A DNA stretch of 59,662 bases, counting the filler, from Nemertoderma westbladi (lineage: Eukaryota; Animalia; Xenacoelomorpha), in NCBI GenBank assembly GCA_032718475.1. It is 3 parts of 3 records of this genome, joined end to end, with 100 filler letters (N's around TTAATTAATTAA, not from the genome) between each part and the next. Parts side by side here need not be neighbours in the genome. Positions count along the whole stretch, not along the records: positions 25,609 to 51,966 come from JAUCBJ010006509.1; 2 more parts are not named here. One strand, written 5' to 3'. Position numbers and translations under genes: made by a program. Below the pieces are notes generated by a model. It was given only the letters and a program-made list of their open reading frames with translations, was not told the origin of the DNA and searched no databases. Below, piece by piece: positions 26,180 to 37,351 of the stretch. Each line of letters opens with the position of its first letter. The stretch's first letter is position 1.

Positions 26180-28551
26180 ATGGCCAGAGTGCCTTTAATG
26201 CATTATTCAAGAATCGATGGTAATTGTGAAAATCAAAATCCCATGATGGTAAGTAATGCCTACTAAGGATTAATAAAAGCTGACAAAAAAACTCATTAAA
26301 AAACATCTGAAGCTTAAATTTAAATGAGTCTCCAGCGCAAATTGGTCACATGAAATAATATTTTGTTTATTGTTTTGGTTAGAATACCAATACACCGGCA
26401 CTGTAACCTGCTCCTTCCCTCTAATGTTTTTTATTCGCGGAAACCTTTGAAAATTATTTAATAATTTAATTATTAACTAATATTTAATTCATTAATAATA
26501 AATTAATGGACTAAATAGATACCTATTGTTTTACGTTGGTGGAGTCCATTTGTATTAGATAATTGATGAAGTCCATTTGTAATTATTTAATAACTAATAA
26601 TTAAATAATATTACTTGCATTTAAACGTAATATCATATCCCGTGTTGTTAGCCGTTGCGGGAGACAGAACCTCATAGAGGCCGCCTGAGAGGGCGAAGTC
26701 CATGTTACCCAGAGTGGAGGCCGTCAGTGAGGGCGTGGTCCATGGTACCCAGGATGGAGGACGCATTAGAGGGTGGATGGGGTCCATGGTACCCAGGATG
26801 GAGGCCGTCAAAGAGGGAAGGGTCCATGGTATCCAGGATGGAGGCCGTCTGAGAGGGCGGGGCCCATGGAACCCAGGATAGAGGCCGTCAGGGAGGGCGG
26901 GGACCTTGGTACCCAGGGTGGAGGCCGTCAGAGAGGGAGGGGTTCATGGTACCCAGGGTGGAGGCCGTCAGAGAGGTAGGGGTCCATGGTACCCAGGGTG
27001 GAGGCCGTCAGAGAGGGAGGGGTCCATGGTACCCAGGGTGGAGGCCGTCAGAGAGGGAGGGGTTCATGGTACCCAGGGTGGAGGCCGTCAGAGAGGGAGG
27101 GGTCCATGGTACCCAGGATGGAGGCCGTCGGAGAGGGCGGGGTCCATGGTACCCAGGGTGGAGGCCGTCAGAGAGGGAGGGGTCCATGGTACCCAGGGTG
27201 GAGGCCGTCGAAGAGGGAGGGGTCCATGGTACCCAAGGTGGAGGCCGTCAGAGAGGGAGGGGTCCATGGTACCCAGGGTGGAGGCCGTCAGAGAGGGAGG
27301 GGTCCATGGTACCCAGGATGGAGGACGCATTAGAGGGAGGGGTCCATGGTACCCAGGGTGGAGGCCGTCAGAGAGGGAGGGGTCCATGGTACCCAGGGTG
27401 GAGGCCGTCAGAGAGGGAGGGGTCCATGGTACCCAAGGTGGAGGCCGTCAGAGAGGGAGGGGTCCATGGTACCCAGGATGGAGGACGCATTAGAGGGAGG
27501 GGTCTATGGTACCCAGGGTGGAGGCCGTCAGAGAGGGAGGGGTCCATGGTACCCAGGGTGGAGGCCGTCAGAGAGGGTGGGGTCCATGGTACCCAGGGTG
27601 GAGGCCGTCTGAGAGGGAGGGGTCCATGGTACCAAGGATGGAGGCCGTCAGAGAGGGAGGGGTCCATGGTACCCAGGGTGGAGGCCGTCAGAGAGGGAGG
27701 GGTTCATGGTACCCAGGATGGGGGCCGTGTTGCCGATCAGAATAGCATTTAATGGTCTCAATGTATGAAATTAAATTAAGTTTTAAAGCAACTAGCCACT
27801 AAACACATAAATTATTGTTGTTTGCGGTCATTTTGCGCCATTATCTCAATTTTTTGCACATTCTTTCCAGTCTATTTTTTGCATCATTTTCATTTTTCGG
27901 TCGAAATTTTATTGGTATTTCATCGTCTAAGCATACAAATCACAATTGGTGTGATGTGTGAAATGCTATCCCGATCCGCAACCTGGGAGACGGCACCAAA
28001 GAGCAGTTTACTCTGCTAAGGGGTACCGGCATTTTATATATGAACAATTTGTATTTTTTTTAAAGTATCCTTATTCAGTGTTCTATAGCGCTCCTTTCTA
28101 TCTTTTAACCTGTACAGTTACAAATTAATTTATTGTTTTGGTTAGATTCAGCCTTCTGTAACCTGGGTTTTTAGTGAAACCCTGGTTTTCTTCACATGGA
28201 GGTAAACTGCAAAGTAAAATCAAAGTCTGTTATACTTAACATATTTAACGTAAATTAACAAATAACGTTATATTATTTATTTAGTATACTAAGGGAAAAT
28301 AGTATACAGATACTAAAACCATTTGAGAGATATTTTGCGGTTTTGTGAAACTTCATCCAATAATTTACATTCCACAGACGTTTCTTCCATTGTGCAGTGG
28401 CTTGCCCAACCACCTCAAGGTTCCCACATCAGCAGATACTCCTGAATTGACCCCCGTGCCCTTACTAAGTGACCAATCATGTTTGGAGCACTTACGCCGC
28501 CAAGACTATATAGTAGAGAGACAAAGGAATACAACTCCAACCAATTTTGAG
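26180..28551 (+). CDS. CCNE: Probable upstream coding exons of cyclin E (26180-26248 MARVPLM...ENQNPMM; 28378-28551 TFLPLC...RRQDYIVE...NFE)
   Basis: Strong splice sites (ATG|GTAAGT, CCACAG|, GAG|GTGAGT); phase 0-0, in frame with the cyclin E exon at 36276; RRQDYIVE resembles the KKHQYEI N-terminal motif of cyclin E2 (recalled). Could instead belong to another gene. Confidence 0.55.
26677..27728. repeat. GC-rich 40-bp minisatellite (GGTCCATGGTACCCAGGGTGGAGGCCGTCAGAGAGGGAGG), ~26 copies
   Basis: Direct inspection; recurring variant units containing GGACGCATTA. Confidence 0.96.
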
Positions 28552-30376
28552 GTGAGTTTTATGTAGATAAATGAGCTAGGGAAAAATATTGAGAGATGGG
28601 ATGGTAATTTATTGCTTTATTGTAACAAACAAATGTGATTAATATATATTGAGGCCAGTATTCGTTGACTGAAGAAGATATGCATTGAGTGCGTATCTCA
28701 TTTCGCCTCTTCAATAAGTCAACCCCCACCGACTAGCGGTACTGGTTGTTTAAACTGAAATCTTTAGCTTTGAGCTCGGTCGAACAACACATCCCCAATA
28801 TTCTAATCGATATATTATTAATTGTAATAATATTATTGTAGGGCCTATAGTAGAGAAATTGTATTTTATGATCATGATGCTAAGGATAAATGGCAATGCT
28901 GTCTCAGTAGAATAAGATGCACGCATTTTCGTTCGACAATGATCATTATTAAAGTCTAAATTTTAAGTCAAAACCATAACATAACGTTTGTTTCTGTGAC
29001 CCGTCAGTGTCAACATCTAGTAATGAGAATATAATATCTACCCAAGATGATGGAAGGAATGACTCATGAGACTCAAGGTAGGATAAATGAATCATCCCTG
29101 TTAGTGCCGGTGATGGCAATATACCTGCTCAGTCTGTTGGGTTTCTTCCCAACCGGGCTTCTGCTAGTGGATGCTGAGAACAATACCTGCTGCTTCCAAC
29201 TGGGAGCTTTCCTTTGTGGAGAAAGGGGCCCATTTTCTGCCCCGGCCCACTAACTCCAACCAATTAATGTTAGCTACTGCTAGCACATGCTCATTTATTA
29301 CGTTAAGTCCCGGATTTACGAGAGTTTCCTAACTACAGCGTGGGCATTAATTTGGGACAAACAGCAACAATCCAGTTCCTATTAGCTGACCCCCCTCCCA
29401 GGTAAATCCGACAACCTTACGTAGGAATCAACGCTATACAGGGAAGCAAGGGAACAAAAGCCGTTAATGGCTATTCCTCTTGGCTCTTTTCTGACAATTT
29501 ACACATTTACGCTAGTCCCACTGCAAAATATATCGTAATTGTCCAACACCAGCGTCCAGGCGGTATCTGTGGAACTTTCATTGTATTACTTAATATATTT
29601 TGTTGTGGTGGTCCAGTCCACTCCGTCCCCCACAGCAACTAAACACATTCGAGTAGCTATGGGTATTTAAATAAATTGTCCTGATGTAGGCTGTGTGTAT
29701 ATGGCCTGTGAACTACATTTATTATTTAATAGCGTACCAATAATGACGAGGCTTACACAATCTGTATAGGATGAAAAATTTGTCGAAAGCATATCCTATA
29801 CTATATTATTATTATTATTTGGCATAATAACAAACAATTCAATGTATTTAAACAAAGAATAACCATATTATGACGATGTTATTTAATAATTTATTACTAA
29901 TAAAAAATATGGGGAAGATAATATCGGAATGTGAGGTTTACCCGGCGGTAAAATGTGGCAAAATCCACCTGGTTTTTATGGAATAATGCACTTATGCGGT
30001 ACAAGACCAATAAACATGGAAAATTGTACGACGAAGTGTGCTCATTAAAATATGGTTGCGGCTTAAACTAGATTTGACATTAAGAAAGCTCCATATGAAT
30101 TGTAGGATTCAAAGATTCAATTCAGTTTTAATTGTTATATCACCAAGCAACACAAGCTGTGCCAATTTCATTTTGTTCAGATATAAAGCTAAGATTCGAA
30201 GTAAAGTAAGAATTGCTGGGTCTTTAGGCCAGGGACTACGCACAAAGTCTGACGACGTATTTCCAGAACTATATTCTCCAGAGATAACTGATACTCGTTT
30301 AGCGACCATTTAAGGATGCAATACAGAGATGTGCCCTGACTACTTCCCTTTAAAGCTTTCATGCCGAATTAAAACC

Positions 30377-30430
30377 GCCCTGGTCGTTGCAGGACTCGAA
30401 CCCACGACCTCAGGAATCAGAGTACAAAAT
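30377..30430 (-). mobile_element. tRNA-derived SINE/pseudo-tRNA fragment
   Basis: Minus-strand B-box arm GGTCGTGGGTTCGAGTCCTGC; no intact cloverleaf found. Confidence 0.45.
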
Positions 30431-30924
30431 CAAGATGGGACCGAGACCACAAGTTATACTTATGGTCATGGTCAAACACTACAACCTGCTACAGTACCAC
30501 CGACCTTTACCTCGGAATGATTTGGTGACTAATACCGTTTTAGCTTATAATCGGATTAGCAAACCAGCATAACCAAAATAACAAATCTCATTAGTTAATC
30601 TGTACTCAGTAATATAAATTCAATGTTTAACTCCAAACTGCATATTGAATGTATCTGAGCTATGTTGACACCAGATTCACGTAAGAAACCATAAAGATAA
30701 ACGGCCGGTAAACTGCCTTCTTCACATTTAAATAAATGATACTACCGGTACACAGAGAAACATCAGCACCTCCATACCCTTTTAAATAACATTCTTGACT
30801 AAAAGAAACAAATAATAAATGCAATGTTTATTATTAGGTTTATATATGTGATTAATATACGGTAGTATTATATTGTTTCTACAACAAACAGAACGCAGTT
30901 GGGTGAAGATATTTATTTATTCAG

Positions 30925-32067
30925 CTAAAACCATGAGAAGGGGTTCATCTTATCGAACCCCGAGGATGGCAGTTTGATAGTGGCGGGTAAATATCTGTGG
31001 AGCCAGGAGACGAGCCGATATACCGTGTAGATGGTCACCGCTATCTTAATGCCACGCACTGTGACCGCGAACAACCGTTGGCGTCTGGTGGAGGTCTCTG
31101 GGACGACGCAGACGCCCTGCCAGTCCAGGGTCTCTCGAGCCCCCCAGTGGTTTACTATACCGGCGGTATGGCCTATCCCCACCACGCCAACCACCACAGA
31201 GGGATGACAGCCGGACATGGTGACGCACTGATGTAGTCGGTGCGTCATATACACGTCTCTCTCAGCTACCAACACCTGACCTAACATCGGCATATCCGCC
31301 GTTAGTTCCTTTAATAAGCTCTCCAAAATATCGCGATCTTTGAACTTCTCAACATCCGCTGATGTTATATCTTCCCTACTCGTTAATACGTGCCAGGCCA
31401 GTTTGCTTTTTTGCCACCATCCCAGTTTCGCGATTATCCGTTTCATCGTGATCCCGATAGGCCGATCCCCTAGATTAATTTTGCATCCCGGAACCTTTTT
31501 GGCTGCCTGGAAAGCGCTTCTAAACTCTCCCCCAGGCGCCATACCCAGTTGCTTAGTTACATGGGCAGCCATGACTAACAGTAGGATTTGAATGACGCCC
31601 GCAACAACTCCGTGTTGTTGGACAGACATTTTTAACTTGCGAAAAGTTACGTTTTTAGCTTCTTGAAGTAAAGTCTCTTCGTCCATTAGTAGGATGTGGG
31701 TGCGACCGGAACATAGTTCCACCATGACTAGATCCGGCTGAACCTTGGCTATAAGTTGCCGCACTTCTGTCACACTCTCCTCACTGAAGTGCGCGGTGCC
31801 CACTAGGTACAGTCTACTGCCGTTACTGGTGGTGAGTAATGTGGTCGTATCCGAGATCTTTACGTCCAAGTCGCGAAGGTTTAATCGTCTCTGGTGATCA
31901 GTTAATCCGTCGTCTCCGTGGTCTGGGTTTAACACGTCGATCTCGGAACCGTTATTCGAGTCGCTTTCTGAAGAATCTGAAGTGACGTCATCCACATTCT
32001 CTATCCCAACCTCATCATCGTCTGTTGACTGTCTGTTTATACGTGTCTGTAGGTTTTCCGCTTCCAT
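30925..32067 (-). CDS. TRABD: TraB domain-containing protein (TRABD), coding region intronless, 380 aa
   Basis: LYLVGTAHFS, VMVELC..R, PGGEFR, LGDRPI, LVAERD, VVGVVGIGH motifs and a C-terminal hydrophobic anchor; first ATG at 32067 (the ORF track start at 32100 is GTG). Confidence 0.92.
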   Translation of the reverse strand: MEAENLQTRINRQSTDDDEVGIENVDDVTSDSSESDSNNGSEIDVLNPDHGDDGLTDHQRRLNLRDLDVKISDTTTLLTTSNGSRLYLVGTAHFSEESVTEVRQLIAKVQPDLVMVELCSGRTHILLMDEETLLQEAKNVTFRKLKMSVQQHGVVAGVIQILLLVMAAHVTKQLGMAPGGEFRSAFQAAKKVPGCKINLGDRPIGITMKRIIAKLGWWQKSKLAWHVLTSREDITSADVEKFKDRDILESLLKELTADMPMLGQVLVAERDVYMTHRLHQCVTMSGCHPSVVVGVVGIGHTAGIVNHWGARETLDWQGVCVVPETSTRRQRLFAVTVRGIKIAVTIYTVYRLVSWLHRYLPATIKLPSSGFDKMNPFSWF

Positions 32068-32483
32068 TTCAGCGGCCGCGTTCGTACTGCACAGTCTCAC
32101 GTTAGCACTGCACCGTGAAGGTAATTACTGAATTACTGAATTAGGCCTACAGATAAACATAAGTTTGGACTTCGAAGTAGATCAATGGAAGGAAGAATAG
32201 CTGTACCAGTAGGCTACTGCAGTAAGTAAATGTAAATAGTAAGTATGATGGAGCCAAGGACTACTATACTCAGGATAGTAGTCCTTGGATGGAGCACTGC
32301 ACTGTACCGTAACGGTCTGCTGGTCCAATAGCAACAACATATGTGAAATCTGAAAACAACTGAAAACGAGGCGCATACATGTGACGCATTGCCGGCCGCA
32401 CTGCTGCTCATCTTTCAGGCAGATAGGGAGGGGTGACTGACTATATGGACTAAAAAACAAGGACCAAAGACCCAATTATAATA

Positions 32484-32660
32484 CTAACCTGCTCCTTTAC
32501 ATGGCAATGGGACCTAACGCTCTTTGTGACCTGTATACAACAAAGAGGTAAAGTCGCATTAGGTCCCAAAGAGCGTTAGGCCCCAGAGAGCGATAAGTCC
32601 CATTGCCATTTAAAGGAACAGGTTAGTAAAGGAGCAGGTTACGGAGGCGTGTTGGGGGAA
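32484..32660. mobile_element. MITE-like palindromic element of a dispersed TAACCTGCTCCTTT family (other pieces at ~25190-25380, 26360-26420, 32750-32885, 33380-33530)
   Basis: CTAACCTGCTCCTTTACATGGCAATGGGAC is inverted relative to GTCCCATTGCCATTTAAAGGAACAGGTTAG; shared motifs recur at the listed sites. Confidence 0.65.
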
Positions 32661-34689
32661 CCAAAACAATAAACGAAAGTTTACAAGTTGTACAGGTCTT
32701 TATTATTTGGGTCTTGGGTCGTCTTTGTTTTGTAGTCAACCGATAGGGAGGGACTTTCGATGCAAACAAAATTCATAACACTCCGCAGGAGAAAATCGAC
32801 GCAAATAACGGTTGATTCTGATTGATTACTCTCAAATATCAAACTTTAACCTGTTCTATTGAGTACCACCCTGATCCTTTCCCTTAAATTATAGTTTAAC
32901 ATTGCGACGTGATATTAATTCGCCGAGATCGGATGTGCGTCAAGCCCCCCCCCCCCCCCCCCCCCACCCCCCACCCCCCTGTAGGCCGCTGTAGAAAAAG
33001 AGCATGCACCGATGCACAGGTTGAAGGTTGATCAGTTATACGAAAACCAGTGGCCTGTTATACTAATCCGTTGAGCCTGCATGGTGCTGATGGGTTTTGG
33101 TAGTAATACGTTACTGCTGATATTTGTGCAATCCCCGTTTTTAAGTGGAAATTGTATCCTATACCATGACCCTGCGTATAGCTTTATCGTGTTTGTGTTT
33201 GTACAAGCATGTAATGCTTGTCTCATATGCAGTAAGATCCTTACAGGGGTGCTATATTATAGCAGTAGCAGCACAGAAAATGTTTAATTCCGAGTAATTT
33301 TATTAAGGTGATTCAAATTATTTGATCGAAATAACTTCACACAACGTTAGATGGTGGAGATGGGGTCTCTTGGCATTGACCAGTCGAAATTGAACCCTCC
33401 CAAAGGGAACGCTGACGCAAATTAACACCCGATTACTCTCAAAAATAACTGTAACCTGTTCTATTGACATAGCCCTTATTATTATGGTTATAATATCCGC
33501 CTCTGTAACCTGCTCCTTTCCCTTAATTGTTATTAATTTGGCGAGATGGGACTTTGTCGTTAGTCGCAACTCATATCCCAATTAGTGTTTTTATTTACAT
33601 TATTATAATAAAATATACGTGATGTTTACCATCGTCATCGTGGGCATTACTGTTTAATTCATAGTTATTAATCCGTGGCCTACAACACAATGAAACTTCT
33701 TGACTAACATTTACTATTAACATCAATTTTTATCATTAACCTCTGTAAATATTCTTATACAACACATAAACTTGTGGTGTGACAAAGTAGTTTACATTAT
33801 TCTTTATTTCCACTAACTATGTACAACATTCCTCGGGACCAGCAAATTGTAAACGTCCTAATTTACATTTTGTTTACACACATATATGAAAACAGTTGTA
33901 CCCGAAGTGCCCCCACAATTCATACTCAATAATAATTACAATTGGGTGGTACAGTTATATTGGATGGGCGAGATGGAGTAGACTAGGCAGTTATTCATGT
34001 TGCGTTGACAACTCGTTTCTATATTACCCGGTACCGCTACAGTCTACACTTCAGATCAATATCCCGTAATACCACACACACCTACACATGAGTCACATGG
34101 GCCCTGCCCCTTACCCCAGCAATTAAATAAGATTATTATTGCGTAACAGGATAAGATAGCCGAACGTTCCCAAGCTAAATAAAAGCGTTCTAAAAGCTGC
34201 TTCTTTCTATGGTGTGATGTGAAGGGCCGTTTTCTTATATTATGCCTTAGCGTACTTCCTAGACCTCCATGGAGAAACCGTTGGTTCCAACAGAATCAGT
34301 TAACGGTTTCCAACACAAAGCTAAGCCCCTCAGCCTCCGCCAGTCTGCCTGTTATCCTCTAAATCCCTTTGTTCGCCGGCGCAATTAACTGTAGCTCTTT
34401 CAGCAGCATCGGACCAGCAGCTCCTTGACGCAATACTTGGACGCGTGCACAAATCTCCAGGGCAGTTTTACTGGAAGCCTTTGTTAGAATGAAGGATTGT
34501 CCTTGGCGAAACGTTGGGAATAACGGGAGGATGGGATGGGGTGTGTGTGCCGTTACAATCGCGCCGAAGCAGGGGCCCGCTGCAGTACAATAAATCACAG
34601 TTGAGTCCAATAAGAACAGCTCCTGCGCTGATGTTGAGTCCACTCTCTCTCCCCACCCGGTTTGGATACCGCTAGCCCTAGCGGGAAGA

Positions 34690-34800
34690 ACTTTTATTTG
34701 GGTTCTCTCCGCTCATTGGATAATAATGGCGGGGATGGGGCCCCATTAGCATCAACGGGCACAATGAGCCATCATGGTACAACGAGGTAACTGTATAAGT
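34690..34800 (+). promoter_or_regulatory. Candidate internal cyclin E promoter (inverted CCAAT, E2F/GC-box-like TGGCGGGG)
   Basis: GCTCATTGG and TGGCGGGGA at ~34711-34736, upstream of the ATG exon at 34945; cyclin E genes are known E2F targets. Motif-level evidence only. Confidence 0.35.
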
Positions 34801-34944
34801 GGGGGTGCTATCTCTCTCACGCCGTTATTTCAACAGACTCAGATATCCGTTCAGTAGATAAGTTTTATTTTAGTAACTTGTATTTTAGTATTTATTTCGT
34901 TTAATTTATATATTTATTTATTTATTTAAATTAACATCTGAATT

Positions 34945-37319
34945 ATGAGTGTTATTTTGGGAGTCAATGCACTGTTGTCACAAACACCTCCTTCGGAAGA
35001 GCCAGTTGGTCCTTCCCCCATGGTAGGTTTTCAGCTATTTTTTCAACATTACTGAAATACTGACAGTTTTTTTGTTTTACTAACTACTTGTGTGTACAGT
35101 GACACTTTACAGTATGCTCATAACCCGGGTGATTTGTTGCATTAACGAAAGTAGTGACGGAACGGCTACTGAAAAAATGTGTTGAACTTTTGTCGTTAAA
35201 AAAGGTGTAATATTTTTAAGGGATTATATTTATTTATTTATCAAGCACGTTAAGTGAAAACCTTACCGGTAGGTGTGTTAGTACCAAAGTATGTAAAAGA
35301 ATAAAAAACAACTAGACCTCTAGATGTTGCATGCACTCAGTGATCAGCTGACAGCAGCCAGCCGATCGATAGGTTTCGTCCCGCAGTTGAAGGCATTCTC
35401 AGGGGGCCAAGCCAGGAAATGTAGAGAAATATTACGGATAAATATAATCCGTAATTATTGTGATTACTCAAGCTTCTACTTCAATTGTAATATTTTGATA
35501 TAATTTCTCAAATTTTGTTATAGGAATCGAAGAGCATTAAAGTAACTTTAAAATTAAACTGAACCTGAAAATTGAAATTGCTTTACTGTTGCTGCGACAG
35601 CATCGGCAGACAAACCTTGTTTGTTCTTCTTTATATTTTAAGATTTAATAGGGTCGAAATAAAGATAATAATTTAGTAATATTATACTACTATATATATA
35701 CTAATATTTAATAACAGTTTCACTTTTAGTTCAAATTTTCGTTTTTGGTATTTTTCGTTAATTTTTATTATTTATACATTGAAACACTAACTAGTAGCTC
35801 CATCTGTACAGGCAAGTGCAAAAACGCCAAAATATCTATAAATTTTGACTGCGTGTGTGAATTTTTCTTAATATTAGTAGTTCCACAATTTTTTTACTCT
35901 AATGCCCACCCCGCCCATTATACATTACATTCTAATTATAAAATCCTAAATATTCCTCCAAAATTGTTGCACTTTTAAGCAGCAAATATCTTCGAATCAG
36001 AAATATCTTCATTATATTATATTATATCTTCATAGTATTATAAATTTGAAATAAACTGCATCCATACTTACTTTCTTTTGATCTTCGTATTTCCATTTTC
36101 ACTGACTCACTACGATCGTTCTTACAACAAACTTCACTGAGATCAGCACACTAATGTGCTACAATGTGTAATGTTAATATTTATACACGAGTAATACTAC
36201 TTTACTGTATGTAATTAGTCAGATTTTATTTAAATAATTTTAACTCGTTTTACGATCCGATTATTTTTTTTTTAGATAAACCCTAACTTTCGGCCATTTC
36301 GGCTCCAGTTTCCCAGTCCAACGGATCTGCTAGCCAAGGCTCAAACCTCGACCTGCAGACTCCCACCCATACCGCCGCTGAACTGGACAGACCGATCGCA
36401 ACTGTGGAACGCCATGAGGTGAGTTTCTTTGTGGAGTTATGGGTGTGAAGGTAACTCCAACCATATTGAACTAACCGCTATCTGGTATTGTTCTCGCTCA
36501 GCTCCTCTCTTGTTTGAGACAAAGTCCATCTGTGATGTTCCCTTGCGTGCTTACAGCCTTTATAATAACTGACAACGCTTGCCAAGGGCTTTGCCCTTTA
36601 TCAAAGCCGGCTCACTGCTATATATCGCATTATTGCTGAATGTATGTCCTCTGTAGTAGTGGCGTTATTAATTCGTGGAATGTGGTGGAACCTAAGAAAT
36701 ATTAGTCGCATACCTGGCTGGCGCAAAACCAATAAAGCTCATATTTTTTCTCTAACGGCCATTAATATTGGGCCACTGATAAAAACCGGTCAAACCAAAC
36801 CTCATACCTATAACCGTTTGATGTGGGCTACAAATCAATTTATACGGATAAATTCCGCAGTTGAATAAATCATGTAACTATATCGAATGCTCATCTCGGC
36901 TATTTGGCATACAAATTCAGATGTTTTTTACAGATTTCTATCGATGCAGACATAAAACTATAGGGTCGGTAACTGGTGCAAAGACACAATAGTTGCAGCG
37001 TTTTTTTTAACCGATTGTAGCTAAAGATTGAAATCTAAAATAAAAATTCTGCATAGCCCAGTAAAGAATCGGTAAAGAGTAAAGAGTCGGAATCTAAAAT
37101 TATATCTGTTTCAAACTTGATCTGATCTCGTTAAGATTCGTAGAAAAATATTGTAACCTTTCGATGTATAAGAAAAGGATAAATTGGGTGCGAGAGTCGA
37201 AGTGGATATTGGATATGATGGGATGGGATATTGGTTGGTTTCTTGTTAGGTTAGGGTATGTTGGTCGGGTACTACAAACAATAATTATAACAATATAACC
37301 CTATCCTAATAAGAACCTG

Positions 37320-37351
<32 letters not shown>

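Noticed and set aside
29047-29253. Hydrophobic ORF as the missing M4 exon of the channel
   Set aside because: No convincing acceptor, no M4-like pattern, and it lies beyond an assembly gap.
30925-32067. Bacterial TraB / conjugation gene
   Set aside because: Motifs, acidic N-terminal extension and C-terminal anchor fit eukaryotic TRABD; no prokaryotic context.
34843-34950. Possible U12 (AT-AC) intron starting ATATCCGT upstream of the cyclin E ATG exon
   Set aside because: Imperfect 5' consensus, no TCCTTAAC branch site and no acceptor giving an open frame.
35360-35415. Possible minus-strand hammerhead (CTGAGAATG...CGAAAC)
   Set aside because: Core deviates from CUGANGA, stem II is mismatched and no UH site follows stem III; at best a decayed copy.
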